Shown here piece after piece: positions 1 through 12,862 of a DNA stretch of 54,994 nt. The notes beneath the pieces were generated by a model. It saw nothing but the letters and a program-made list of their open reading frames with translations. It made no database searches and was not told where the DNA came from. The stretch lies in the NCBI GenBank assembly GCA_900088475.1, contig FLMG01000291.1, positions 1 to 54,994 of the forward strand, written 5' to 3'. This stretch comes from Hyphochytrium catenoides. Its lineage: Eukaryota; Protista; Hyphochytriomycota. Every line of letters starts with the position of its first letter. Position 1 is the stretch's first letter. Made by a program: the position numbers and the translations under genes.

Positions 1-3000
1 TGGCACGGCAACGTTAGGGTTGCATGTCGCGTGGCCCTGAACTTCGTTGAACAGGGAAGCAATCACCAGGTGCAGGAGCACGGGTAGGAGACCAGATTGC
101 ATACAACGCATAATGCTCTAGAGAGTTGCAGGTGCTTGCTTCACTAGTGCAAGGAAACCTTCAAAGAAGTGCTTCTTCGCCCTTCGTTGTCCCAACAACT
201 ATAAATGTGACTGCTCAGGTTTCTTGGCTGGAAAGCGATATTGCTCAGTCTTTAGAAATGGCGGTATGAGGCTTTGTCCAAGTTGCTTGAGGGTATGAGC
301 GCTTGGCGACTCTGATGCGAAATGATTAATGACTAAATGTTTACTTGAGTTCCTTGGGAAGAGTCAAAGTCGGTGATCATGGCCAACGCGGAGAGACACG
401 ACGAGATCGCTGTCTAGAACCTCAATTTTTGTAGCGGAGAGCGCACCCTAGCCTAGCCTTCTTCTTTCTCCTGGGGTGGGAAGGAGAGTCGTGGTGATGA
501 TATGGTTGGTGGAGACGTGAAGAAGACATGACAAGACAAAGAAGCGTTGGACTACGTCCTCAGAGAAGAAGGAATTTCTCGATCCACCTCCATCGCCATC
601 CCAGCAACTGACCCGTATGTCTCTGAATGCCTGGTCCAAACTTTCAAGCAGATCGGAGCACCAAACACGTGAACCACTCAGAAGAAAAGAAAGAAAGACG
701 TCAGAGAAAAAAAGAAGAGAGCAGCAACGAGCCTGTCAACAATCTGTTCCCTTGAGGTCATATGTTGGAGGAGCCTCAGCTCTGATTGTTGAATAGCGTT
801 CTTAGTATGCCTATTCCCTCCTCCTCCTACCTCTTCTCATCACCCACTGCTTGGTATGTACATCCAGGACATAAGAGAACCAGCCCGCTGCAGGAACATA
901 GCTGGTGCTGCTGAGTTACTAGGATCCCGGTCGCCAGTCAACAATCTGCATGTGAGAACCATCATCAGATAATTGAAGCCTGGACTGACTTCTTCTTCTC
1001 TCTCCTGGCCGCTTCAGCACTTGTGGTCGGTCCCAGCAGTCGTCCACCCTCCTATCATATCTATGGGCCTTGCCCCTTGGTGGCTGTTCAATAATCTGCG
1101 TGGTGGACGGAGCTGCCAGGGTTTTCGAGACGGTCCAGAGCGGAGGTTGGCCTGTCAACAATCTGAGGGCAAGATCCAAGAACCATCATACCATCATGTA
1201 TACAGTAGATAAGAGGCCGTTATTATTCAGGATAAAGGGCTCTAACTATATGATATGTGGAATATGTCTTTGTTTATACACAATCCAGTCTATGAGGAGA
1301 CAGATTGGTTGAATTGAGCCGAGCCCACTTTGAGTCTGACGTTGGCCGCCCCCTCCTTCTTCCTTTCTTCTTCTTTCTCCTCATGCTCCGCCGGGTGCTT
1401 CTTCTAGTCTGAGCGAGGAAGGAGGAGGCCCCGCTTTCAAGTATCAGCTCCTCATAGATAATAATGTTGCTGGTCGCAGCTACTAAGGAAAAGTAGTAAC
1501 CCACATCCATACTGGCGACGAAATAATAGAAGAGTACAAGTAGGTGGAGATACTTCGTCAACAAGAAGAGCGGACCAAAGAAAAGGACAACACTTAACTA
1601 CTTACTTCCCTCCTATCTCTAACCTGCTACCTATCGTGCCTCTGCCTGATCCGCCTCCTTGGATTCATCCTCTTCAAGAATAGACATTCCTTCATGATAG
1701 GTCTTTTACTATAGAAAGAGAAACTGCAAATCACCTTCTTCAGTTAGCTCCATATTGTTGAATCCTGGATTTTGTCCCTCCACTCATTCTCAGCCAGTCT
1801 CCATTATTCTCAGATAACCATCGTCCAGGCATATCTAAGCAATCAATAGTCCGTCTGATGAGCAACAAGTGCAACCAGTCGTGTCACACTTAGTTTTTTA
1901 GGGGTCAGATGCTGATGATGATGGTTCTATGGACTGTTAACAAGTTACTTACTATGACGTTAGGAGCAGTAGCCACACTTATCGTCGCAGATGTTCTCTT
2001 CGCCCAGACAAGAAAAGCTGGCAATGGGGAGCTTCTCTTATCATCGGGGATGTTCTCTTCGCTAGTTCTATCCTACCTCCTCAGCTCCAGAAAGAGGGAG
2101 GAGAGGGTTTGACGAAGTCATCAACTCCTTCAAGTTCTGAGATGTAACTTCAGCTGCAATAGAATCATTCAGCAAAATAAACCTGAGGATGCAGGTACTG
2201 TAGTAGAGAGGTAGTTTGGTGCCATAACTTCACTTCTCCAGGCAGTGATCAGCCTCTTCTCACGCTGGTTGCACAACGGACAACAAAATGCTAGTTCGAT
2301 GTGAGGATAGATGCGGATAGTAGAAGACTAAGTTTGTGCGCTAACTTGCGATACCAAGAAGCCTTTTTCCTCATTTCTCCTGAGAACTAACTTCGCCCGC
2401 TATAATTTATGTCCATCAGCTTAACATTTCTTTCCTCTTCACTTTCATGAAAGTGACCAGGCTCCTTTCCCGCAGGTACGCAATGAAGAGAAAGCTAGTC
2501 CGATAGCACCACCGGTATAGAAACGCTTTTTTCTTTGCAATCATGACTTTCATCATTCAACTTCTGCATGTACGAACACTAGTACTAGCAAAGTATTTGT
2601 ATCAAACAGAAGGTGAGTGCTCTCACTCTGGGATGCCTAAGTCTTTGTTGCACAACTGGGCGGAGCACATTTGATGATTTAAATGCAGAGCATTTAGTTA
2701 GGAAGAGAGAGAGAGAGATTCACATCGGTAGGTTTATATCTTACCTACTCCTGCCTAGGAACAACCAAGAAAGCATCAACCAGACGTTAATAACCGGGGA
2801 CCTAATGTGAAGGGCTAGTCAAGCATGCAATAGACGCTGCTAATCGTACAGTCCTCTTCTGACATCTATCGTTGTTAGGCACTCGAAAGACGTGAGGACA
2901 CTACGTATTCTCGCGCCTCTCACTGTGAACTACGAGAAAAAGAATGTATTCTAACCAGGAAGGGGTGCCAGCAGTCGCCCACACCATAAAAAATAAGCAA

Positions 3001-3784
3001 CCCCTCAGAGCTTCCAAGCATGTTGATAGTAGCTAAGTGCTCCCTCATATGTATACTTCGGAGAATGACGAGGTTTTAGTGTCTTCCATCTCAAGAAGCT
3101 TCTGATCTCAAGAAATTACTTCTTCAAAGTAGGGGCGGTTGTGGACATCCATCTATCCATCTATCTATTTATTTATTGCCAGTCCTTGTAGGAGCAGTGA
3201 TAGTAACGACCCTTGCATCATGTCGTAATAGAGTTGATAGTCGACATTATAATGATCAAGCATCATCATCATGCGGCGGGACCATTCGAGTACAATAACC
3301 TCAATCAAATAGAGGACAAATAAACAAGGCACATAAATAACAGCGTCCTCCTTAAAGGTCCGCCGACATCGGCTGCTGAGGTAGGAAGAGAAAGGCAGAA
3401 GACCGCGACCAAGACAACAAGAAGGCCATGATCCATAAGTGTCATTATTGTTCAGCATCATCATGGATTAAATAGTGACTATTAGAGTCCGCGTACCTAC
3501 TAACTCATACAAACCTGCAGCCCCTCCGGAGCTAACAAGGAGGGACGATTGCGTCATTGCCAGACCGAGTTAGTGCCGTTTGCGCTTAGCGCGTCAGTTG
3601 CTATTAACCTAGTGTAATAGAGCTAGGATGCGGGCGGCGACAGGGTCTAAAAACGCAATTATTAAAAGTAGGGCGACGAGAGGAGCCATCCGCAGTCCTA
3701 TTACCAACAAGGACACTATCGCTTTCCATGTGAGAGAGGTCGCGCACCCCAGCATCACCTGCTCACTCCATCGTTCAATGACAG

Positions 3785-3982
3785 TAGCGGCACAGCTGTT
3801 CACCGACCACTGACAACTACTCTAAGACGAGGAGGAGGAAGAAGGAAGGCCTTGTGAAGAAGGCGTTCACCTTGTTGCCTACTTTATCTTTCAATCTAGC
3901 GGTACAGCTGTTCACCGACCACTGATAACTCTAGAACGGAGGAGGAAGAAAGAAGGTCTTGTGAAGACTTATGCTGCCTACT
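3785..3982. repeat. Imperfect tandem direct repeat, two ~90-100 bp copies (3785-3883, 3897-3982)
   Basis: Both copies read tagcgg(c/t)acagctgttcaccgaccactga..aact..tcta..acg..gaggaggaagaa.gaagg.cttgtgaaga...tgcctact. Confidence 0.85.
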
Positions 3983-4479
3983 CAGTTCTTCCTTCTTTAG
4001 TACGGAACCCCTCCTATCACATTCTTGAGCCTAACTATATCCGCCTTTGGTGGATAATTATCAGAGGAAGCTCGAGCGAAGAGCCAACATTACTATCTCT
4101 ACAACCATTATTGCGACCCTGATGTGATGATCTATAAAGGGAAAGTCGACAGCAACTAGACGCCGCCCTTGGCCCCCACGGGTATACAAGCGGTAGCTTG
4201 TGGCATGGACACACAACCGCTTCTGCCGTTCTTTCCTTCTTTGTATGAAGCTGCTTTGGGTTTATAAACAACAGCACCACGATAATAATAAGCTCATGCA
4301 CATTGTTCTCCGGGTCGACGAACGAGGTGCCATTGACTAACGAGAGAGCGGCACAGCGGGAAGGCTACAGCTTTCTTATACAGCAGAAGAAGATGACGAG
4401 CAAATTGCAAGGAAAGGAGATCCAACATTATTTCAGGGCTGAAGAGGGACAAGGTAACAGCTGCACATGAAGTAGACTG

Positions 4480-4976
4480 AGAGACAGAGAGAGACAGAAA
4501 GGAGACAAAAAAAAGAGACACAAAAGAGAGAAATATGGAGGGAGAGGGAAGAATTGGGAAGAATGATGAGGGAAGAAGAGAGAGAGATGGAGAGAGAAGA
4601 GAGGCTGGTGTCAAAAACAGCGAGTGCCAGGGAGAAAGAGAAGAGAGAGAGTGCGAGACAGAAAACGGAGAGAAGATGGGAAACAGAAGGAGAGCGAAGA
4701 GCAAAAGAAGGGAAGGCAAGAAGTGGGCGAGACAGAACAGGGAGAGATGGGGAAAAAGGGAGAGCGAGAGAATTATGAGGGCAAAGAGGAAAAGAGAGGG
4801 GGCCAGTGGACTCAAAAGAGCGAGAGCGAGTGTGAGAGAAAGAAAGAGAGAGAAGAGAGTGTGCGAGACAGAAAGGGGAGAGATGGAGAAAAGAGGGCGA
4901 GTGTGGGAGTGATAGCGAGTGTGAAAGTAAGAAGAGAAAGAGAGTTAGAGAGTGGGAGACAGAAGAGAGAGAGACA
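4480..4976. repeat. GA-rich low-complexity tract with degenerate ~100-bp subrepeats
   Basis: Purine-rich run in which gcgagacagaa...gagagatgg recurs; the ORFs called here are low-complexity artefacts. Confidence 0.8.
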
Positions 4977-6382
4977 AGCAGGCGCATTGGTCCGACCCCT
5001 GCCTGACCTCCATGTCGTAATTGGCCGGACCCACCTGGAAGTGTATGTTGCTGGCGGCGAGGCGATGCCCCATACATATACCTCCCCGCTAGCGCTAAAC
5101 AAATAACATTGGGTAGACCTCCCTGATAATATGCCGCCAGTCATGTTTGCTGTGTATCTTGGGGGGACGGAGGATCGGACGGCTAACTGTGATTGATGCA
5201 CTACCTGCTTCGCCTGGTCTCTCGCTTGCTCTTCGCTCACTATCTCACGCTCTGTCTCTTTTACTCTGTGTATCTCTCTCGAAGCCATCATCTTCTCCTG
5301 TCTTCTTCTCCCACAGTTTGCTAGGCAGGAGGTGCGTGTACCCCATCATCAAGCAGCTTTGCTCACCCTTTTAGAGCTACTATTTGCACATTCTTCGTCA
5401 CCTGCCAAGGTAACGGGCTAGCTATTTCTCTGAGAGATAAGAAGACGGGTTTATCCCATGCCAGCCACCCACTCTTCTATCCATGATAGCTCATACATAT
5501 ATATATATATATCGCTTTGTTCTTCTAAAAGGCTCGACGATGGCCTAGGCCAACTCCTCCAACCTGTTCTCCTGGTCTCCGCAAAACGTTGCCACAATGA
5601 TAGCTCTGTCACTGTCTTTCCTTTGGGATACCAAAAAGCAGCGCTTCTTTGTTGAGGCATCAACCCTCTTGTCCACAAGGTGTCAGAACCACCTGCCAAA
5701 GGAGAGGCCGCGTCAGCAAAAATCCGACGGAGGATCGCTTACCTGCTGCTCTTCCTCGCGACCCTTCTTCTCCTACCTTCAGGAGGTAGAGCTGGTATTT
5801 CTAAGCTTGCCTCTTAGTCTTTCCTTTCTCTTCAGTAAAAAGAAGGTTAGTTGTCCACCCAGTCCCAAAGAAGCTCCTTGAAGCTACAGAGAATCACCGT
5901 TGACTGGCAACTAGCGACTCCGACCCTTCCACCTAACTTTAGAGCACTCCATTTTCCATCACCTCAACTGGGTTCTGCTGCTGCTGTTGCTTCCCTTGTA
6001 GGTCTCATCAACAGACGAGTTTTTCTCTGGCCGTGACGTCTTCCAGAATACTATCCCCGGACTAAGTCCAAGATCGGCGGGCGAGGCGTTCGTCTTGCTA
6101 ACTTAGACAAAGCTATATCAGGGGCGCTGCTCCCGCTCTTTCGGCAAAACCCACCTACCTCCTTATCGCAAGTGACTTTGGCTGCTCATGCACGAAGCTT
6201 TATGCTGAAGCTGTGGTGGGTCGGGCTAACAGAGAGATAAATATTGAGACGCGTCTTCATCACCAGCGCGGGACTCCCTCCCTAGTGTTCCCGTGGGCAG
6301 CTTGTATAGCGGTGGAGTTGATAGCCGTGCCACACGCTGAGCTGTTAAAGAGTCTGAAGAATACCTCTTTTTCACCGTCCTG

Positions 6383-6406
6383 CCCCGCCCAGTGGTATAA
6401 AAAAAA
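6383..6406 (+). promoter_or_regulatory. Possible GC-box plus TATA-like element upstream of the 7TM gene
   Basis: ccccgccc (6383) followed by tataaaaaaa (6396), about 210 bp before ATG 6610; motif match only. Confidence 0.25.
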
Positions 6407-6609
6407 CCTCACCGGCGGTTCAAGCATCATAAATATCGTCATCGTATCTCTGCACTGCGGATGCTCGTCGGGAAACCTCCATCTGGATCTTAAACTGTCG
6501 AGTCGTTAGCATCGTATCAACGCGCTGGGCTGCACCACCATCTCCTACGGTGCTTAGCACGCAGAAGGTCCGCGGGAAGCTGAACGCCTGGCATTGTAGA
6601 CGAAGAATC

Positions 6610-8145
6610 ATGGCAGGAGAAGGATTGCCAGGAACCGCTTCGCCAAATAGGGCTTGTGCTTATCCCTTTGTTCTTCCAGACTGCGACCGGATGATGGTGG
6701 ATATTATACCAGGGCCGCTCTTTCTTTCGTGGAAGATTGCCTACGTTACTTTTGGGCTGTTCATGACGCTGGTCGCCATCTACCAGACTGTGAGAGTCAT
6801 GGACAGGGGCAACAGGCTGCAGAAAGCCGTCTTTCCTTTCCTTTTCATAGCCTCCGGTTCCTTCATCATCCGGGGTGTGGATCCCAATGGCTATGAGGGC
6901 AAGTTCCCGTACCTTGTCAGCACCCTAGCTGACGCCCTCTGCGTTTGCTGTCTATACAGTGTATCATACACCATTGGAGTCGTGTGGGCGGGGTTGCTTC
7001 GGAGCTTCGGCTCTCATCAAGTCCATACTTCTTTCTGTGGTCGGCTTGCGGTGACTGGCTCCATTGTCCTGACGTGGATCACTGTCCTTTCTGGCAGAAT
7101 CTTCCTGGCAGTGGACCCAACGTCTCCTAATGAGCCTCTTATTGTCGGAGTTATCAGCTGCGTCCTCTTTGTTCTTGGGTCCGTATCTTTTATCTACCTT
7201 ATCTATGTTGGAGTGGCCCTAGACAAGAAGTTGCAAGAGAGCGGCCGAATGGTGGGAGATCACAAGATCACTCTTTTGCCTGAAGAAGAAGGGCAAGTAG
7301 GGAGAATGGAAGGCTGCGGCCAAGGAGGGCCGTCTGGAGGTAGTTCATCATGCTGTGGATGGTGGAAACGCGCTTCAAAAGTGATTCGCATGTGCGTGTG
7401 CTTTGGCGTTGTGGCCGTTGTCACTTCCCTCTATCTCCTGTACGTGATCTACCTCAGCCTGCACAAAGGCGAGAGAGTGAACGACTGGTATAACTACAAT
7501 GAGTGCATTGCACTGGAAAAGTCTTCATCATGCAGTGCATCTTATATGTTTGATGCCTTTGGCATCTGTGAAATGCTGGTGTCCGTGGTGCTGACTTGGT
7601 CCTTCTGGAGGGTGCCCTCACGTCAGCAGACAGCGGAGGTTGGGCCGCAGCGAAAGCCATCCACAGTAAAGGATCTGACTCCGAGCAGTTTGGGTCTGCA
7701 AGTTGAAGATTCTCTTCGTAGCACTTTCAGCTCTGTCTTCAGTCGCAACTCTTCCGCGCTGGAGAGTGGGAGTGGACAGAAAGAAGCACGGAGCTCACAG
7801 CTTGAAGAAGGAGCTGGCCGTGGCAGAAGATCGCGGTTGTCCTCAGAAGAGGACGATGAAGGGGAGGAGGAAGGCTCCTTTCGTGACGATGACGATGACG
7901 AAAGCTATGGGCTTCATACCTATAGACAAATCTCGGTGCTGCCTCGGCCTCCTCTTGCCGCCCAAAGGTCACCGACCACTACGAGGCATTTCAGCGATAC
8001 TGGTAGCAGCTACTATCTTGATGGTGCAATCCTCGAGGATAGCAACAGCAGCAGCACAAGCAGTGGGCTCACTGCAACCACAAACGGACCCCCTACTAGC
8101 AAATACCGAAGACCTCTCCAGCCAACTCTGAAAGTGATACTCTGA
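6610..8145 (+). CDS. Intronless 7-transmembrane GPCR-like protein (THH1/TOM1/GPR137-like) with a long Ser/acidic C-terminal tail
   Basis: Seven hydrophobic segments (LSWKIAYVTFGLFMTLVAIY through FGICEMLVSVVLTWSFW), an R-x-x-DP-x-GY-x-G motif after TM2, and a ~175-aa Ser/Glu/Asp-rich tail. First ATG is at 6610; the ORF track starts at GTG 6550. Confidence 0.75.
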   Translation: MAGEGLPGTASPNRACAYPFVLPDCDRMMVDIIPGPLFLSWKIAYVTFGLFMTLVAIYQTVRVMDRGNRLQKAVFPFLFIASGSFIIRGVDPNGYEGKFPYLVSTLADALCVCCLYSVSYTIGVVWAGLLRSFGSHQVHTSFCGRLAVTGSIVLTWITVLSGRIFLAVDPTSPNEPLIVGVISCVLFVLGSVSFIYLIYVGVALDKKLQESGRMVGDHKITLLPEEEGQVGRMEGCGQGGPSGGSSSCCGWWKRASKVIRMCVCFGVVAVVTSLYLLYVIYLSLHKGERVNDWYNYNECIALEKSSSCSASYMFDAFGICEMLVSVVLTWSFWRVPSRQQTAEVGPQRKPSTVKDLTPSSLGLQVEDSLRSTFSSVFSRNSSALESGSGQKEARSSQLEEGAGRGRRSRLSSEEDDEGEEEGSFRDDDDDESYGLHTYRQISVLPRPPLAAQRSPTTTRHFSDTGSSYYLDGAILEDSNSSSTSSGLTATTNGPPTSKYRRPLQPTLKVIL

Positions 8146-8889
8146 CGGTGTCGGTGCTCCTGCTCTTGTTTGAAAAATGAAGGCGTAGAAGGAGGAGACG
8201 GAGGGAGCAAATGCAAGCGGCACCACGTCCTGGTGATTGACGTGATGCCCACACTATTATAAGGGGTCCCCGCTCTTTCTCTTCTTTCTACTATCTCATG
8301 CCCATGGGAACCCAATGTCACTGCCTTATTTATGAACGACTTAGCGTTATAACGAGCTCTCTAAATGATCTGCTAACTAAACGCCAATTATCTTGCCTCG
8401 TCTTATCAACTCTTAGCACAAAGAGAGGTTCTCTCTGGCTCCTCTTCTCTCTTCTTTCCAACTAGTATTTGTTGTCGTTCCATTAAGAGAGGAGATTGCC
8501 AGACTGACGGTTCAATCCTTCTAACTGTGGGAGCATTAGTAGTGCCAAAGGCACATAATCAAAGTCCTCGAGAAAGGTCAAGAAGTTTAGAGAAGGAGCA
8601 TGTGTGCGAGGGTTTGTCAAACATTACTCAGGTGGCACCCAAGCACAGTTACCTTCACCACTTTCCCTTGCTTTTCATCCGTACTACCTCCTCCGCCGTC
8701 TCAAAGCTGCTGCTCCTCTGTTTGAATCTAGCAGTTCTTGCTAAGCCTTCATTCGACCCCTGGGTGGTCTGACTTCATCTAGCTACCTCCACTCCTCTTC
8801 ATCATCTCCTCACTAGGCCGACAGCGTCCTCTAAAGATATTATAGAGAGTCTTTGTAGCTACCACCTTCTTCTACCAGGTACCTTGCTA

Positions 8890-8916
8890 TGCTGCTGCTA
8901 CTACTGCTACTGCTAT

Positions 8917-8956
<40 letters not shown>

Positions 8957-9010
8957 ACTACTGCTGCTACTACTGCTGGTGCTGCTGCTGGTGCTGCTGC
9001 TGCTGCTGCT
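8890..9010. repeat. (CTG/CTA)n trinucleotide microsatellite
   Basis: About 40 tandem ctg/cta/gtg triplets; the poly-L/C/S ORFs here are artefacts. Confidence 0.95.
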
Positions 9011-9093
9011 GTTTTTTTGGCCTCTACTCGGCTGCCAACTCAAACTCTTTCTCTCCCTGCAGGCGGCTCCCCAAGTCCCGAACTTCAATCAGG

Positions 9094-9169
9094 TCTCTGT
9101 TTGATAATCATATCATCACATGAAGTAATCACTCCAGCTCTCTGTTTGATAATCATTTCACCACATCAT
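9094..9169. repeat. Short tandem duplication with 45-bp period
   Basis: tctctgtttgataatcat at 9094 and 9139, each followed by (a/t)tca(t/c)cacat. Confidence 0.8.
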
Positions 9170-9764
9170 GCTTTCCATGCATTGCCCATCCGACTCGAGG
9201 AAGGTATGAAAGGGAAAGAAAGCATCAGAATTGCGCGCGCCTCAACTGCAACTTGCCGCGCATCGAACAACACACCACCGTCAAGGACACCTGGGACAAG
9301 AAGAAGGAAAGAGCGTGGCTGAGAATAGGAGAGAGAAGAGGAGGGACGAAAGAGCGGGTGCTGTGAGTCTACTCATCATCCACGCAGAGTCCCTTGCTTC
9401 CTTTCGAATCACTCCTTGCCTGTTGCACAAGCCGAAGCCACGCTTGACCTTGCCCTCCTTCATTTCTTGGATTGCCACGCATTTCAGTTCTCACTGAGAG
9501 TTTCCATTGGTTGCCTTCACGGTCCGCGCTAGTTTTGAGTTTGGAAGTCCTTGGCAGGACAAAGCCTAGTCAGTGCATCCATGAGAAGCGCCTTCGCCTT
9601 ATCGAGCTCTATATTCCAAAGGCCATGCTCCTCTCCGACTAGAAGAAGTTCACTCTACTGGAGGTGAGAGAAAGATGCTCATCACACATACAGCCTACCG
9701 CGCTACTCTCATGATACCTGTCCATTTGTGGAGGAGTTGCCCTTAAGGGGCCATCTTCGATAGT

Positions 9765-9782
9765 TCTCTCTCTCTCTCTCTC

Positions 9783-9835
<53 letters not shown>

Positions 9836-10010
9836 ACATATCTATCTATCTGTCCCTCTCTCCCCATCTCTGTCTCTCTCCCCCTCTGTATGTCTCTCTC
9901 GCATTCGCTGTCTCTCTCTTCGTCTCTCTGCCTCTCTCCCCCTCTCTCTCTTCCTGCCTCTGTCTCTCATCTTCTCTCACTCTCAGTGGCTCTTCGTTCT
10001 CTCTCTCCTT
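9765..10010. repeat. (CT)n microsatellite immediately 5' of the HMG-CoA lyase gene
   Basis: Long tctc runs. Confidence 0.9.
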
Positions 10011-10015
10011 CTTCG

Positions 10016-12504
10016 ATGTATCGCTTCTCTTCTGCTTATTCAGGTTCTCCGTTTCTCGATGCCTGGTTTAAGTTCTACGCGCTAATCTGGTGCAGGAAAG
10101 AATAATTAGCCACTGACATGCAGCGTGTGGTTGAGTTAAACCTCTATCGTTCTCTGATCTTTGTTTCATTGCGGAGAGTCATCTCGTCCGCCATTTGACC
10201 TTCGCTGGTGCAGTCTTCCTCGGCGATTCTCTCAAGCGTCTCGCACTGTTCCTGCTTTTGTGATGATTGTGGAGGTTGGGCCTCGCGATGGTCTCCAGAA
10301 TGAGTCTCGAGTTATTAGCGTTGAGGTAAGACACTGGCGGGTCATGCCGCTCTCTCCGCAAGTCTTACGCTATGTATATTGCCAAGTCCGCTATAGTCTT
10401 CCAACATTTAGCTTCTATCTGTCTTTCTCTCTTCTCATTCGGGAGCCGACCAGTTCAACCCTATGCCTTGTCACTTTACCACGGCCGATACCTCGACACC
10501 TTTGCTTTAGGGCAAAAATTAGGGAACTTTCTCACAGTCCTTGCGTTATGCTTCTCTCTTGCGCTCGGTCTTTGCCGATCTCATGTGAAGACCAAAGTGG
10601 ATCTCATTGACAGGCTGTCAGCTTCTGGACTAAAGGCCATTGAAGCTGGCTCTTTCGTCTCCAAGGCATGGGTCCCACAGGTCTGAACGCCCTGTGAAGG
10701 GCTTTCTTCAGATTGTAACCTTCTTTGGGTGCTGACCGGCATGTGATTTGCTATTTCTGTTCTGATCAGATGGCGGATAGCGATGTTGTCCTTCAGAAGA
10801 TCAAGAAGTATGAGGGCGTCTCCTACCCAGTGCTCACACCTAACATGAAGGTAACGACGGTAGCAAGAGTGCCACTAATAGGAGACCTGTAACCTTACGT
10901 TTCCCGTCGTTCAATGTATCTCGTCACTGACCTTTTCGCCATTCCTCCCTTAATACGACCGGTTTTGTCTCGAAGGGTTTTGAGGCAGCTCTTGGAGCAG
11001 GCGCGCGTGAAGTTGCCATCTTCGGGGCCGCATCTGAGAGCTTCAGCAGGCGGAACATTAACTGCAGTATAGAAGAAAGTATCGCCCGTTTCCAGCCTGT
11101 CATTGACGCCGCGAAAAGTAAAGGAGTGGCTGTAAGAGGGTAAGACCCAAGTGATCATCCGCAGCTGACCAGCACGCGAAAGTTTTATGTTTACCAAAGA
11201 GTTGGAAGAACCTGTACTTCGATAAGGAAGACGGCCAGTGGAATAGAGCTGACTTCTCTGTTTATGAGGGCCCATTCGTCCTTTACCACTTTCTTAAGGG
11301 TGCCCCGTCTGTTGTCAATCTTCTTATTGTCCAGTCTGCTGACACTAAGCTGTTGCCATTCATCCGTCTTCTGGCCCGTCTCGCCTGTTACCTTGCAGGT
11401 ATGTTTCTTGTGTCCTGGGCTGTCCTTACGAGGGCGATATTGAACCTGAGAAAGTAGCGGAGGTCGCGGAGCGCCTGTTCCGCTTGGGCTGTTATGAAAT
11501 CTCTTTGGGTGACACCATTGGCATAGGAACGCCTGGTCAGCATTGCATTCCTTCAAGTCTTGTCTTCGTTCTTCGGCTGTTGTTCTCCTATCTCTCTCCT
11601 TGGCTTTAACTGACCATCGATGCAAGGCCCTCGTTGTCCCTCTCTGTTCCGCATCTGAATGCTGGCTCGCTACGTTCGTCCTGCTTTCTCAACGTAACCC
11701 TTCATTTAGTGTGACTACCCTTCTTCCATTATAATGCATTTTGAGTTCTCGGGCCTGGCAGCATCGCTCCCGTGCGACCTCTTACCTAGATACCCCCGTA
11801 TGGTCGTCAGAGTCCACCAAGAAGATGTTAGACGCCGTTCAGCAAGTTGTACCTACCGAAAGTTTAGCAGTGCACTTCCATGACACCTATGGCCGTGCCC
11901 TCTCCAACCTTATGGTTGCTTTGGAGAGCGGTATGGTTCTTTTCCATCATTCTTCCTAAACTCTTCAAGCTCATCTATCTTTTTCTCCGGCTCCAGTCAA
12001 GTCTTCTGATATCTGTTATTCGCGGCATCGTCCCGGTTCTCTCTCTTTCGCTCATCAACGCTTGTGCTTCCTTTTAGGCGTGGCCGTTGTGGACAGCGCT
12101 GTTGCTGGATTGGGTGGCTGCCCCTACGCTAAAGGTGCATCTGGAAATGTAGCTACGGAGAAGGTGCTGAAAATGCTGCAGGAACTGGGAATCGAGACTG
12201 GAGGTAGGACACTTAATTCAGGCAGCAGCTCTGGTAGTAACGGCGCCAGGGGACTGACCTAGCGACGGCGGGAAGAGAAACTTACATAGGCAGGAAATAG
12301 CGTAGGAAGAGGAAAGTTCTTGCCGCCTTTTCCTCTATTGTCAATTCACTTCCAAAAGCTCCTACTTACTGACCTCTATCCCCTTCTTGCGCCTATGCAG
12401 TAAATTTGAACTCTATTTTAGAGACGGCTGCCTTCATAAGGGAAGCCATTGCTAAAGCGCCAGTCAATGAAAATGCAAAACCGCGGGGCAAGTCAAATCT
12501 CTAA
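10016..12504 (+). CDS. HMGCL: 3-hydroxy-3-methylglutaryl-CoA lyase, ~332 aa, 9 exons: 10016-10043, 10177-10325, 10591-10680, 10770-10850, 10976-11139, 11399-11535, 11811-11930, 12078-12203, 12401-12504
   Basis: Motifs [81 protein letters not shown] and [22 protein letters not shown] introns keep phase (999 nt total). Exon 1 is the least certain. Confidence 0.95.
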
Positions 12505-12862
12505 CCAAGCAACTGCCTTCATGTGCGGTAGAAGACGAGACTGTGGACTAGAAAGGTTATTTAGGAGACAACTATAGTCCCAAGCTACAGCTTGGCGTGG
12601 TACTAGCTAATATTATGAAGGATTTTGGCATCGTCTACGAAATCTTTTAGCTCATTTGAATGGGCTGCTGTACCACCATATACCGCGCCCGTACTCCTCG
12701 TCCTCGTCCATCTCCATTTTGGCTTCCTGATATATAGACAGGACAGTCAAGACAATAGCTAAATATCTGTGGCTTGCTAGCCATCATGATAGTCCTGCGC
12801 TCTTCAAAAACCCTTCCTGATTTGGCTAGAGCAGTGCCAACGAGAGAAGTTCCCAAACCCCA

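Noticed and set aside
1-700. Possible retrotransposon gag relic on the minus strand (HTLKQLGQS, KHFFEGFL..PATL)
   Set aside because: Only vague similarity across several frames, with no diagnostic motif
731-3982. CRISPR-like interpretation of the short repeats
   Set aside because: Irregular spacing, few copies, no cas genes, eukaryotic context
4294-5106. Long Leu/Ser-rich and Arg/Glu-rich ORFs
   Set aside because: Translations of the GA/CT low-complexity tract
4980-5175. RCC1-like SASGEVYVWG on the minus strand
   Set aside because: Single short match with no further repeats or convincing splice context
8840-9123. Poly-Leu, poly-Cys and poly-Ser ORFs
   Set aside because: CTG microsatellite artefacts
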